Origin: Ignavibacteriota bacterium | GTDB lineage: Bacteria > Bacteroidota > Ignavibacteria > UBA10030 > UBA6906 | Direction of reading: 5' to 3' | Assembly: GCA_963801355.1 (NCBI GenBank) | Contig: CAWDEM010000008.1 | Coordinates: 1,408,001 to 1,472,000, forward strand | DNA: 64,000 bases | Shown: positions 38,721-48,681 of the stretch, piece after piece | Numbering within the stretch: the first letter of the stretch is position 1 | How the letters are laid out: every line of letters starts with the position of its first letter | Made by a program: the position numbers and the translations under genes | The notes under the pieces: model-generated | Seen by the model: the letters and a program-made list of their open reading frames with translations, nothing else | What the model was told of the DNA's origin: nothing | The model's database searches: none

Positions 38721-40571
38721 CTACCTCAGGATTTCATTCCGTTGTTCCAACATGCTGAGTTCCCTCTTGATGACAGACGCCATTTCATTATGTTCCTTTT
38801 TGAGCATCATTGTCACTGTCTCGATGAGGTTTGTGGCCGCCAGGATATGCGGCAGGAACACATAGTCTGCGCCCTCCTTGTACATCTGAAGCGCGCGGCC
38901 GCTGCTTTCCGCGGTCACGATGATTTTCGCGTGCGGACAGACTGTCTTGATCATCTTGATCAGTTTCACATTGTCCGTTCCAACCAGGATCTTGTCGGGG
39001 ATGGTGGAGATGGCAATCTTTATGTCATGGATGCCGGCGTGCTTGAGCGTATCAATATTGCTGACATCGCCGTAAATGACTTTGACCCCGAGGCGTTGGA
39101 GAGGCTCATGCGTTTCCGGGTTGAAGTCAATGACCACAAGCTTATCCATCAAGCGGGCACGAGGTTTCTTGTTCTGATCGAGATGAAGAATTTCATGGAG
39201 GAAAGAACTCGCCGTCCGATGAAATCCCAGCAGAAGAATTTCCTTGCGGCCGCCGTCCGGATGCTCCTGCCCTGCCGTTTGTATGTCCCGCAACCCGCAT
39301 TTCCGCAATAGTGCACCCAGTGTTTTCTGTATTGAATCGTTGTATTTGATCGTATAGGTTGAGAGAACAGAAGTAATGACAAACACGAAGACGATCACCG
39401 TCAAAGTGTCGCGCGAGATATGACCCGCCGCCAATCCGAGTGAAGCAATAACGAGAGAAAACTCGCTGATTTGTGATAGGTTAATCGACGTCAAGAGGCT
39501 GATCCTGATGCCGTTGTTCAATGCATGCAAGACAGGAAAAACTGCAAAAAAGCGTGACGCAACCAGGAATGCGGAGACGATTCCCCCAGTCACAATCAGA
39601 TGCACATTATCAAAAGGGTTCGGTATCTGCATTCCGAGCGAGACGAAAAAGAGTGTCACAAAGAAATCCCTGATATTCACGACTTTGGCTATGACATCCA
39701 TATTGTATGGGAACGTGGAAATTGCCACCCCCGCGATCAGCGCTCCCATCTCGACCGAGAGATTGAAATATGCCGCTGCACCACACACCAGAAAACACCA
39801 TCCGAGGGAAGAGACAAGAACGAGTTCGGGGATTTTTGCGACAGTCTTGAAAGCCCGGGGCAGAACGTACTTGCTGACCAACATGCTTCCAAGGACCAGC
39901 AGAGCACCTTTGAGAAAGGACAACAGAATTGTCAGAACATCGGGGTTCGACAGATTTGGCTGAATACCCAGCAGCACAATCGCCCAGATATCCTGAAACA
40001 CGAGAATACCCAATGTGATCCTACCGGCCAGTGTGTCCAGCTCGAACTTCCCGTACAGTAGCTTGACGACAATGGCGGTACTACTTAATGCACAGCAAGC
40101 GGCAAGATAGATGAGGTCGTACGTTCCACCGCGCAGGGAATACCCCAGCAGGTAAAAAAAGCCAAGCCCGATAATGACCGTGATGGGAAATTGCGATATG
40201 CCGCTCAACACAAGTGATTTCCCCGAATCCCTCAGTTTCTTGGCATCAATTTCAAGTCCTATCAGGAACAGGAGGAGGATGAGACCGAAATGTGAGATGG
40301 TTTCAATTTGAACTGTGTCCTTGATAAGCCCGAGGCCGATCTGGGGTCCAATGACAACACCTGCTGCAATATAGGCCAGCAGCAGCGGCTGTTTGAGAAG
40401 GTGTCCTATAAATGCCAATATGGTAGCGGCCAGTATCGCGAGACCCACGCCACTCACCACATCACTCTGTCCGTTGTTCCCCGATCCTCCCGCCATGAGA
40501 GGAACAGCTGCAAAGAGAAGAGCAGTCAGGCCGTAGATCACTGATCGTTTCGTCATTCGAGACGTTTTCAT
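38721..40571 (-). CDS. CPA2/Kef-type cation:proton antiporter with C-terminal TrkA-N (RCK) domain
   Basis: LLLFLIGLE, LSSTAIVVK, GILVFQD, SQISEFS, VIYGD. Confidence 0.9.
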   Translation of the reverse strand: MKTSRMTKRSVIYGLTALLFAAVPLMAGGSGNNGQSDVVSGVGLAILAATILAFIGHLLKQPLLLAYIAAGVVIGPQIGLGLIKDTVQIETISHFGLILLLFLIGLEIDAKKLRDSGKSLVLSGISQFPITVIIGLGFFYLLGYSLRGGTYDLIYLAACCALSSTAIVVKLLYGKFELDTLAGRITLGILVFQDIWAIVLLGIQPNLSNPDVLTILLSFLKGALLVLGSMLVSKYVLPRAFKTVAKIPELVLVSSLGWCFLVCGAAAYFNLSVEMGALIAGVAISTFPYNMDVIAKVVNIRDFFVTLFFVSLGMQIPNPFDNVHLIVTGGIVSAFLVASRFFAVFPVLHALNNGIRISLLTSINLSQISEFSLVIASLGLAAGHISRDTLTVIVFVFVITSVLSTYTIKYNDSIQKTLGALLRKCGLRDIQTAGQEHPDGGRKEILLLGFHRTASSFLHEILHLDQNKKPRARLMDKLVVIDFNPETHEPLQRLGVKVIYGDVSNIDTLKHAGIHDIKIAISTIPDKILVGTDNVKLIKMIKTVCPHAKIIVTAESSGRALQMYKEGADYVFLPHILAATNLIETVTMMLKKEHNEMASVIKRELSMLEQRNEILR

Positions 40572-40751
40572 GATGGCATCATCACATCTCTTGTTAGCAT
40601 TCCAGGAGGACACCCGTGTGCCTCCAAGACTCCACTATCGGCCAAAATAATGAATCCAAATGGAAATCGCCAATCTTCGACCCTATGAAACAGAAGAGCC
40701 TCCAGCGATTTGCCAGAGGCTCTCTAGTAGCGGGGATAGCAACGTATCTAT

Positions 40752-41468
40752 TTATGATTTCGACTGTGCGTTTCCCTGGGCGCGCTTTCGCCTCCGTAGG
40801 AGTGCCAGCACTATCAGGACCGCGACCAACAGCAAGACAATAAGAACCACAATACTGGTAGGAGACCCCCACATCCCGGTAGGTTCGCCCGGCTTGGTCC
40901 CCTCGTCGATCAGCAACACGCCCACCCGCGCCGGTGTTGCAGGAGTCTGAACAACTGCAGTCGCCTTACCCACTTCTGATGGCGCCCTCGTGCTAACGAC
41001 GGTGGCTGTGATTTTATCACCTTCGCGCAGCTGATCCAGCGTCTTCTCTTTGCCGTCGATAGTGATCTTGCCTCCCGAAGGCACCCGGTACATCTTGTTC
41101 TCCCCCTCCGGCGTTTTGATGATCAGATTGCTGCCACTGGTTTTCCACACCGTCCCGACTTCGATTATCTTCACCCTATCAACCAACTTGGGGGCAGTCG
41201 CGGTAGTAATCACCGCCGTCAACTTCATCCCCGGTTTCAGTTCGTGCACGGTCACATTCTTGCCGTCAATGACAAACTTGTAGCCGTCGGGAATCTCAAA
41301 TTGCTTGACCTCGCCATTAGTGAGTTTCACGACGACATCGTTCCCCTCGACGTATACAACTTCTGCATTATCCACCCTGGTCTCAACGTGCTGGGCCCAT
41401 ACACTCGGGGCCGACAGGATGCAGACCAGCATCGCAACAAGAGTTCGAACGGCTCGTAGGAAGTTCAT
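40752..41468 (-). CDS. Exported protein with two OB-fold-like repeats and C-terminal TM anchor plus basic tail
   Basis: Signal ..VWA; IDGKNVTVHELKPGMKLTA / IDGKEKTLDQLREGDKITA; EPTG-TM-RRRKR. Confidence 0.78.
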   Translation of the reverse strand: MNFLRAVRTLVAMLVCILSAPSVWAQHVETRVDNAEVVYVEGNDVVVKLTNGEVKQFEIPDGYKFVIDGKNVTVHELKPGMKLTAVITTATAPKLVDRVKIIEVGTVWKTSGSNLIIKTPEGENKMYRVPSGGKITIDGKEKTLDQLREGDKITATVVSTRAPSEVGKATAVVQTPATPARVGVLLIDEGTKPGEPTGMWGSPTSIVVLIVLLLVAVLIVLALLRRRKRAQGNAQSKS

Positions 41469-41789
41469 GGGTGCTTCTCCGTATAGTTCAAGAGTATGAA
41501 ATACCGCACTTCGTCCCGCAATGGCACGCTGTTGAAGGCAAGCACCGCATCAATCTGTAACACACAGATCTGATCACAGTGTGTCAGGGGTAAGGATTGC
41601 AATGAAAATGATGCATTGTCGGCTCCTCACTGCGTGAGCCGTCCATATTGAGTCTCAAGAAGTATACCGATCAAAACTTCAGAATGAATCGGCTGAAAGG
41701 ATGAAAGAGTAGTTAATCCCACGCAACGCAGTTGTTGCTCCTCGCACGAGAGAGAGAGACGATCTTCAGGCCTCTTATTTTCGATGGAA

Positions 41790-41821
41790 TGCGTAACGAT
41801 TTCCAGTGCGTAACGATTTCC
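41790..41821. repeat. 15-bp direct repeat (TGCGTAACGATTTCC x2), operator-like
   Basis: Copies at 41790-41804 and 41807-41821. Confidence 0.85.
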
Positions 41822-41833
41822 GGGGGAGTGGAA

Positions 41834-41862
41834 TTGATTTTGGCGCCGGGCACCTCTATATT
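41834..41862 (+). promoter_or_regulatory. Putative sigma70 promoter
   Basis: TTGATT-17-TATATT; palindrome ggaatcgtt-N6-aacgattcc at 41980-42003 in the leader. Confidence 0.55.
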
Positions 41863-42058
41863 TTCACAATCTGCCTGAGTGATGCTCTACAGGGAATCGC
41901 TACAACTGCTCACTCTCTTTTCGGAACGGATCCGACAAAGATCTGATTCCCCATTGCCAGATGACAGCCGTCGACGTAGGGAATCGTTCTGGCAAACGAT
42001 TCCGCTTCAGACGCAGGGGCCGCCATGATCCAGTGGCATAGACAAAAGAGGTTCGGCA

Positions 42059-43972
42059 ATGAGATGCACAACCAGTCGATTGGCGTTCATAATCATGTTG
42101 TCGGTGGTAGGGACCCTTTCCGGCGCAACCGACAATCTCGGCAACGGCTTCTTCCATCACGGAATAGCCACACCGGTCAGCAACCACCGCGGCACAGTTG
42201 CCACCATTGACGGCAACGGACGCGACATCGTTCTCGTCTGGCTATTCGACCACCGGGGCGGCTATGCTTTGCTGCTCATCGACGCCGAGACCGGCAAGAG
42301 CGAGGAGTTCCCCGTCCCCTTTCCTCCCGGAGGCGACTGCCCCTACGCCTCGATCCTTTCGAGCGGCAACAAGTTCTATACCCACTTCAACAGTTTCTTC
42401 GTGGAATTCGACCCGGTCAAGCGGGCATTCACGTTTTTCCATGAAACGAATCCGCAGATGGCCATGGGGATGACCGAGGACGACAACGGCGTCATCTGGT
42501 CGGTCAGCTACCCCAAGAGCGGCGTAGTCTCGTTCAACCCGAAGACCCGGGAATTCAAGGACTACGGTCACGTGTACGCACAGAACTGGCCCCAGTATCA
42601 GCGGTTCGTGGCCGCAGACGACGCCGGTTGGATCTACTTCGGTCTGGGCAATACGGCCAGCCAGATCGTCGCCTTCGACCCCGCGACCGTCCAGGCGAAA
42701 CCTATGCTCGCGGAAAGCGATCGTAAGACGGGCATCGCCTATCTCTATCGCGACCTCGATGGAAAGGTCTACGGCCAGTCACTCCGCAGCGAGGATGAGA
42801 AATGGCTTGAATTCTACAAAGGGATTGGCAGGGCGATAGGCAACCACGATTCGATCCGGCCAAAGCCGATCATCACCGGCAGCCAGGCGTTGTTTTATAT
42901 CGACTTTCCCGACGGCAAGAAGATCAAGGAGTGCAACCTGATCGAACGCCGGCTCATCATCGAGGATCCCAAAACGAATTCCGTTAAAGAGTTCCACTTC
43001 GAATACACCAGCGAGGGAGCCCACATCATGGGCGTTGCGGGTGCGCCGGATGGCTCGATCAGCGGCGGCACCGCATTCCCCATGCGCTTTTTTAGTTATT
43101 TCCCCAAGAAGGACATATGGCAGAGCCACGAAGCCTACTTGCAGTGCAACACAGTGGGACGGCAGGGGGATCGGTTTTTTGTCGGCGGTTATACTCAAGG
43201 GTTTCTTCTGGAGTGGGATCCCTCCAAACCATGGGTGAACACGGTAAAAGACAAAGCGGACTGCAACCCCCTCTTCCTGACCGACTGCGCCCCGACGATC
43301 TACCGTCCTCACCGGCTGCTCATGCATCCCGACGGCAAGACGGTCATAATGGGTGGCACACCCGACTACGGCTATACGGGTGGCGGCTTGCTGTTCTGGG
43401 ACCGGGAGAAGCGCACGCGGGTCCTGCTGACCCACACCGACATCATTCCCCAGCACTCGACCATGAGCCTGGCCGCTTTACCAAATGGCAAGCTCCTGGG
43501 CGGCACCACCACCAGTCCGGGCACGGGCGGGGAGAAGAAAGCGGAGGAAGCCGAACTCTACATCATGGACATGGCATCAAAGAAGCTGGAGTGGCATCAG
43601 GTCGTGTTCCCGGGCGTTCAGGAATACACCGATATGTGCTTGGGACCGAAAGGTCTGATCTACGGGTTCGCGGACAAGAAAAAGTTCTTCGTGTTCGACG
43701 CCGCGAAACGGGCCGTTGTCTATGAACGAGATGTTGACGCCGATCTCGGACTCACGACCGGCCAGCAGGGCCCGCGGCTCTTCGTTCGCGGACCAGAAGG
43801 TGAGATATACGTCCTCTTTGTCAAAGGGATTGCTCGCGTCGAACCGACATCTTACATGTTGACCATGCTTGCTCAATCTCCGGTTCCCATTGATGCCGGT
43901 GGCGATTACCTCGACGGGCGCATCTATTTTACCAGCGGCTCGCACCTCTATAGTTTCGAGATCAAGAAGTAA
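42059..43972 (+). CDS. Secreted beta-propeller (WD40/YVTN-like) hypothetical protein
   Basis: GAGG RBS, signal peptide, repeated F/W-DP and G-x-IYG blade motifs. Confidence 0.75.
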   Translation: MRCTTSRLAFIIMLSVVGTLSGATDNLGNGFFHHGIATPVSNHRGTVATIDGNGRDIVLVWLFDHRGGYALLLIDAETGKSEEFPVPFPPGGDCPYASILSSGNKFYTHFNSFFVEFDPVKRAFTFFHETNPQMAMGMTEDDNGVIWSVSYPKSGVVSFNPKTREFKDYGHVYAQNWPQYQRFVAADDAGWIYFGLGNTASQIVAFDPATVQAKPMLAESDRKTGIAYLYRDLDGKVYGQSLRSEDEKWLEFYKGIGRAIGNHDSIRPKPIITGSQALFYIDFPDGKKIKECNLIERRLIIEDPKTNSVKEFHFEYTSEGAHIMGVAGAPDGSISGGTAFPMRFFSYFPKKDIWQSHEAYLQCNTVGRQGDRFFVGGYTQGFLLEWDPSKPWVNTVKDKADCNPLFLTDCAPTIYRPHRLLMHPDGKTVIMGGTPDYGYTGGGLLFWDREKRTRVLLTHTDIIPQHSTMSLAALPNGKLLGGTTTSPGTGGEKKAEEAELYIMDMASKKLEWHQVVFPGVQEYTDMCLGPKGLIYGFADKKKFFVFDAAKRAVVYERDVDADLGLTTGQQGPRLFVRGPEGEIYVLFVKGIARVEPTSYMLTMLAQSPVPIDAGGDYLDGRIYFTSGSHLYSFEIKK

Positions 43973-44052
43973 CCACCTTGAGGGCTGTGCCTCTTCGTGG
44001 GCGGCGTCGCCGGCAGCGGCGATCAACCAGGGTACTGCGCCGATGGCCAACG

Positions 44053-44814
44053 TCATGCTGTGCCCGGAAACCTTCGAGTGGTTTCTGCAGAGCTTGGAAC
44101 CATTGTTGCAGGCGTCGAAGCGATTGCCGATACGTTGAATCCTTTTGCAAACAACCATACCGGCATAAGGATGATTTCAAAGAATGCAACGGGAACAGCC
44201 AATATAGTTCCGGAACCGCCGGGTGTGGGATCGAGCACACCAAATAGGGCAAGTATAGCGGCTGGCAGCAACAAAGCGTATCCAACAATACCGACTATGG
44301 ATATAAACCGCGGAACGAGTTTTGTCTGATAGAGGATGATCGTAAGAATGATACCGCCCAAGCCCAGGAAGACTAATTGCAGGATGTTCAGAAACCAATT
44401 TTCCGCCTGTTTGAGCACCGAGCCTATTGCTTGATACGAAGAGACGTCCGTCGCTCCTGCCTTGATGAATTCCTGGCTTAACGGTATGAGCATCATTGCG
44501 AAGAATACGCCGACAATCATTAATAGGGACTCGAATATTCTCATGCTCAAGTATCCGAGAGCTATGCTTTCACTCTGCTTCTTTAAAATTGGAAACATCA
44601 GAAGCCCGATAAATACAATGCCGATGTCATTGATCAACCAACCGAGCATTCCGCTTATGACGGTTGTGCTTTTAGGAAAAACCGTAGTCAGATAATCTGG
44701 TGCATTGATAACGGGATTGATAAGGACAGCACCGGCTATTGCGCCAAAAGCTGTGACCAGCCACAGGGATGCAAGCAATATTTCTGTTCTACGGATTGAG
44801 GCATTTGAAGTCAT
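44053..44814 (-). CDS. DUF4386 family membrane protein
   Basis: ALGYLSMRIFES, LYQTKLVPRFISIVGIVGY, FEII..WLFAKGF. Confidence 0.8.
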   Translation of the reverse strand: MTSNASIRRTEILLASLWLVTAFGAIAGAVLINPVINAPDYLTTVFPKSTTVISGMLGWLINDIGIVFIGLLMFPILKKQSESIALGYLSMRIFESLLMIVGVFFAMMLIPLSQEFIKAGATDVSSYQAIGSVLKQAENWFLNILQLVFLGLGGIILTIILYQTKLVPRFISIVGIVGYALLLPAAILALFGVLDPTPGGSGTILAVPVAFFEIILMPVWLFAKGFNVSAIASTPATMVPSSAETTRRFPGTA

Positions 44815-44853
44815 GGTATTTTCTTTGTCTGAACAATATGATGGGTTTCACTT

Positions 44854-45195
44854 CTATAATTTGAAGCGTGCAGCCAGCTCGTTGTCAACGAGAACTGTCG
44901 TTTCCCAGCCAGCTCCAAATATTCCCAGGATCCCGTTGTTGTACACCGCAAAGAAATGCACATCGTGTCCGCGGTAGGTTCCTTTCGCATCAATCGTGTT
45001 GGCGAAAGCAGCGGGCTTATCTGCCACGACCACGCTATCATCGATGGCTATCGAGATCATGCTGGTGATGGGCGCTTTGCTTGCAGTAATATTCCATTGT
45101 GTCTCGGAATCCTTCAATTTATACGAAGCAAACTGGGACGCTGTGCAGCCGGCGAGCAGCACGAGGCCGCAGAGGGCAAGCAAGGTTTTGCTCAT
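44854..45195 (-). CDS. Small lipoprotein
   Basis: GGAGG RBS; MSKTLLALCGLVLLAG-C lipobox. Confidence 0.82.
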   Translation of the reverse strand: MSKTLLALCGLVLLAGCTASQFASYKLKDSETQWNITASKAPITSMISIAIDDSVVVADKPAAFANTIDAKGTYRGHDVHFFAVYNNGILGIFGAGWETTVLVDNELAARFKL

Positions 45196-45663
45196 GATGC
45201 TACCTCCGTATGTGGTTTGTGTGGACTGTGGAATGACACGATTCGATTGCGTCTGACGTTCAAGTTGCGGTTCGACGCGCGAACCGAAAAGAGTCTCTGA
45301 AGCCAATGGCGATTTTCTTTCATGATCTCAGCAGGCATTCATTTCCGTGAAGAAGGCAGGACAATTAAGACTTCTTAACACTCGCTGAAAAAGAATGGTT
45401 CCCGGCAATAATTGACATCACGCCGTCAAGTTTTTTCAATAGTCCGTTGACAGAGGAATCAGTGTCAACGACGAGCCAGACATGGCCCTATATTCCCGTG
45501 CACAAACGGCATACGACGGCGAATCGGCGGGCATTATGCAGCAATGAACAGTATCGTTTCGCCTATAGTAGAAACAGAATATGCGCCAGGAGACCGGGAC
45601 CTTGCGCTTTGCGCTCTCCGCGATTCCTCAACGACAATCCAAACGTTCCATATTTGTTTGCTC

Positions 45664-45693
45664 TTGACCAATATACGCCAATGGCGTATATTG
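45664..45693 (+). promoter_or_regulatory. TA promoter with overlapping operator palindrome (probably leaderless)
   Basis: TTGACC-17-TATATT; caatatacgcca-a-tggcgtatattg perfect 12-bp inverted repeat; ATG 5 nt after the -10. Confidence 0.78.
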
Positions 45694-45697
45694 TCCT

Positions 45698-45870
45698 ATG
45701 CTGATTATTGAGACGCCGGTATTCACCAAACGAGTGCTGGAAGCCCTTACCGACGATGAGTACAGGGAACTTCAGCATTTCATTGCAGAACACCCTGAGG
45801 CAGGCAACATCATTCCCGGGCAGCCACGGCCTTCGGAAGCTGCGGTGGACAATCTCAGGCAAAGGAGCTG
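45698..45870 (+). pseudogene. higB: HigB-2/RelE-type toxin, frameshifted and 3'-truncated
   Basis: MLIIETPVFTKR..DDEYRELQ..HPEAGNIIPG|SHGLRKLRW..GKG; extra G near 45820; the GGxRVIYY C-terminal half is absent. Confidence 0.78.
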
Positions 45871-45872
45871 CT

Positions 45873-46163
45873 ATGAAGAAAGACGTATTTGATGAACTGC
45901 TGATGAGTATTGAACAAAGCAACAAAATACTGCGAGACAAGAAAGCGCCGAGCCGGTCGTTCCGTGTTGATAAACCAAACGTTTCGGCAATCCGACGGCA
46001 CCTGGGGCTCACTCAGCAGAAGTTCGCAGAGCTACTCGGGATCAGTCCGGCAACACTCCGCAACTGGGAACAAGGCAGAAGAAGACCTGAAGGTGCCGCA
46101 CGCGTACTTCTCTGTGTCGCGGCAAAATATCCATACGCTGTTTTGGATACTGTTCGCGCCTGA
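45873..46163 (+). CDS. higA: HigA-type HTH (XRE) antitoxin
   Basis: AAGGAG RBS; MKKDVFDELLMSI..IRRHLGLTQQKFAELLGIS..TLRNWEQGRRRPEGAARVLL. Confidence 0.88.
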   Translation: MKKDVFDELLMSIEQSNKILRDKKAPSRSFRVDKPNVSAIRRHLGLTQQKFAELLGISPATLRNWEQGRRRPEGAARVLLCVAAKYPYAVLDTVRA

Positions 46164-46252
46164 CCTCCGTAGCCGCAAGAAAACCCCGCAAGGATGACTT
46201 ATTACATCCCTTGGTTGGGTCGGACAGGGTTCGCATGTTTGTTGGCATGCGA

Positions 46253-47623
46253 TCACACATAACCGAACACGAACGGAAAAACGATCACAACTATGGCTCC
46301 CCACACAGCGTACACGGGAAGGTAGTTGGTCTGCCATCGTTCGAGGTCGGTGAACGGTCCGCGTCCTCTCAGAAAGCGGATGTACAGAACGGCAGACCAT
46401 GTGAGATTAGCGAGGAGGATCACGTTCACACCCAGACCAGCCACCCGATTGGGCGTATAACCGAACTCGCTGATGCGCGCAGAGATGGCCCACAACGCTA
46501 CCGTGTCTGCCAACAGAGCACTGACCACCAACACAACCTGCATCACGTCAAAAACCCCCCGGGGCAGCTGTGCGTCTCGAGCGGAGACAGAATAGAGCAG
46601 AAGGCCCAGAACGACCACCAACAGAAGGTCGAAGGCAATGAGGACTTCACGTTCGATATCCAGGGCTCGCCCGGTCAGAACCATGGTCGCGAGAAACGTG
46701 ACCAACAGAATGGCGAACAGAGGAGTAAAGAGGCGGGTCAAAACGGGGACCATGTTTTCGATCACGCTCTGTTTGGCCTCGACCAGCCAGGAGGCGATAA
46801 GGACCGCCCCTGCGGCTCCGCACGGGATCAGCCAAGATTGGATGAACCACTCTGCATCGACGCCGATGGTTTTGAACATCATCATCAGGAATCCCGTGAA
46901 GACCCCACCCCCAAGAGCGATCAGCACGTAGTAGATGAACAACTCGCCGGAGAATCGGATGAAGTCCATGCGCCCTGCGATCTCATTCCAGCGGCCGCCG
47001 GCGTACGCGATCCCTACCGCGACCCAGAGCGCGATCGGCAGATGCAGTGCTGAAAGCACCTCGGTGTGGCTGTGCGGTCCAAAGGGAAACATGTTGGCGA
47101 ATACGCCCGCCGCGGCGAACGCAACGACCAGCCAGAGGCACATGGTGACACCGAGCCGCCGCTTCCAAACGAAATAGCCGGTCAGCGGAGGGAGCACGAA
47201 CAGACTCAAGTTTCGCGCGTAGAAGCCGGCGACCTCCTGCAGGTGCATCCCGAAGAACTCCGGCAGTTTAATGAACGCGCCCGCGGCCACTGCAAGAGCA
47301 AAGGCGACGAAGGCATCCGAACGCCCTCCCACTCCCGGTTCCCTCGAATCGGAGGGGAGAACGACGAGCTGTTTCCAGAGGCGGTCCGAGTGTTCACGCG
47401 CGAATTCCCGTGAGAGGGCGTCGAGCGCCCCCATGCGCTTCACCGCCACCAGGAACGCCTCATCGGTGGAGAGCCCCGCCTCGATGAGGACGCCCACCTG
47501 CTCGCGCAGGTGGTCTTCTAACTCCGCTACGTCGACGGAATGAATCGCCTGTCGTCGAAGGAGATAGCTCCGCCAATGGTCGATCTGCTCTTCGAGGGAC
47601 ACTGTTTGATCATGACTCGCCAT
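46253..47623 (-). CDS. Permease-prefix-domain membrane protein
   Basis: ELEDHLREQ..GLSTDEAFLVAVKRMG prefix domain followed by multiple TM helices; downstream of PadR. Confidence 0.8.
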   Translation of the reverse strand: MASHDQTVSLEEQIDHWRSYLLRRQAIHSVDVAELEDHLREQVGVLIEAGLSTDEAFLVAVKRMGALDALSREFAREHSDRLWKQLVVLPSDSREPGVGGRSDAFVAFALAVAAGAFIKLPEFFGMHLQEVAGFYARNLSLFVLPPLTGYFVWKRRLGVTMCLWLVVAFAAAGVFANMFPFGPHSHTEVLSALHLPIALWVAVGIAYAGGRWNEIAGRMDFIRFSGELFIYYVLIALGGGVFTGFLMMMFKTIGVDAEWFIQSWLIPCGAAGAVLIASWLVEAKQSVIENMVPVLTRLFTPLFAILLVTFLATMVLTGRALDIEREVLIAFDLLLVVVLGLLLYSVSARDAQLPRGVFDVMQVVLVVSALLADTVALWAISARISEFGYTPNRVAGLGVNVILLANLTWSAVLYIRFLRGRGPFTDLERWQTNYLPVYAVWGAIVVIVFPFVFGYV

Positions 47624-47626
47624 CGC

Positions 47627-48013
47627 TTATGCTCCTTGTGGTAGTGGCGCTGCTGACGCCGGGTGATAGGCAGGGATGAAAAGGGAGATCGCCTTCCAGA
47701 TCCCCCGCAGCGTCGCGTCTACCGCCTGCCATTGCTTGCGTTCCTCAGCGAGCTGGTCCCGGCCCCTGGACGTGATCCGGTAGTACTTCCGACGGCGGCC
47801 ACTTTCCGCAAGTTCCCATCGCGCTTTGATCAGGCCGAGTCGCTCGAGCCGATGCAGAACCGGGTAGAGCATTCCATCCGTCCACTCCATATGACCTCCG
47901 GACAATTCTTGAACTCGCCTGATAATGGCGTAGCCGTAGCTGTCCCCGTCCGACAGGATTGCCAGGACTATCGGTGTCGAGGAAGCGGCTACCAGGTCCT
48001 TGTTGAATTCCAT
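47627..48013 (-). CDS. PadR family transcriptional regulator
   Basis: SYGYAII, GMLYPVLHRLE, RRKYYRIT. Confidence 0.93.
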   Translation of the reverse strand: MEFNKDLVAASSTPIVLAILSDGDSYGYAIIRRVQELSGGHMEWTDGMLYPVLHRLERLGLIKARWELAESGRRRKYYRITSRGRDQLAEERKQWQAVDATLRGIWKAISLFIPAYHPASAAPLPQGA

Positions 48014-48066
48014 GATTTCACGCGTCGCGCGGTGTCAATTGCTCGAATGTGGCTATGCATAGCACC

Positions 48067-48095
48067 ATTATACATAACAGTTCTATGTATGTCAA
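48067..48095 (-). promoter_or_regulatory. Consensus sigma70 promoter with PadR-type operator
   Basis: Minus strand TTGACA-17-TATAAT; atacata-N7-tatgtat palindrome (48070-48090) spans the spacer. Confidence 0.85.
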
Positions 48096-48553
48096 GCCCT
48101 GCGTATTCTTTTCTTTGAGCCCCGCGAAGTGATCGAGCCACCAAGTGTTGGTGTCACTGTTGATGGTTTCCTGCGTCGCTATGGCCGCGGGGCAGGGCAG
48201 CACGTTGATTCAAGGCCCGCACTTCCCTCTTTGCGCAACACTGCAGGGTCTTCGAGAGGCGCATTCCCCCCTGAACAGTCAAAGCCGCGATAACCTGGTC
48301 TTTGCGGGGGAATCGCAGCCCAACCCACTCGCCTGCATAGGGGATCTTGTGATTCACGATGGCATAGGGGTGTGCGACTGCTCGGAAGACCCCGACGGCA
48401 AGACTGAGGGTGAAACCCGCGGAAGAGAAGGGAGTGCAGATGGAGGCAAAGTGCACGTGCGCTTCCAGGTCAGGCGCGGGAGACCCCGCATTCGACCCAT
48501 GTACGCTTGGCGGCAATATGGTGTTCTAATGCAAGAAAGTCAAACGAAGCGGT

Positions 48554-48583
48554 CCGAAAGCGTTCTCACCGAAAGCGTTCTCA
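48554..48583. repeat. Perfect 15-bp tandem duplication (CCGAAAGCGTTCTCA x2)
   Basis: Directly visible. Confidence 0.85.
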
Positions 48584-48681
48584 CACATGTGCAATGAAAT
48601 CGAGGCGTTATTGGAAACCAGCGACAAATCCCTGCTGGCACCATTGGCCGTCAGATGATGGTGCAGCGTTCACGAAATCAA

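Noticed and set aside
45245-45290. Degenerate integron attC (minus strand ccgcaacttgaacgtcagacgc) before the lipoprotein gene
   Set aside because: GTC instead of GTT, no matching R'' box, no other attC sites and no integrase.
48145-48597. 150-aa plus-strand ORF
   Set aside because: No RBS or recognisable motif, and it runs through the tandem duplication.
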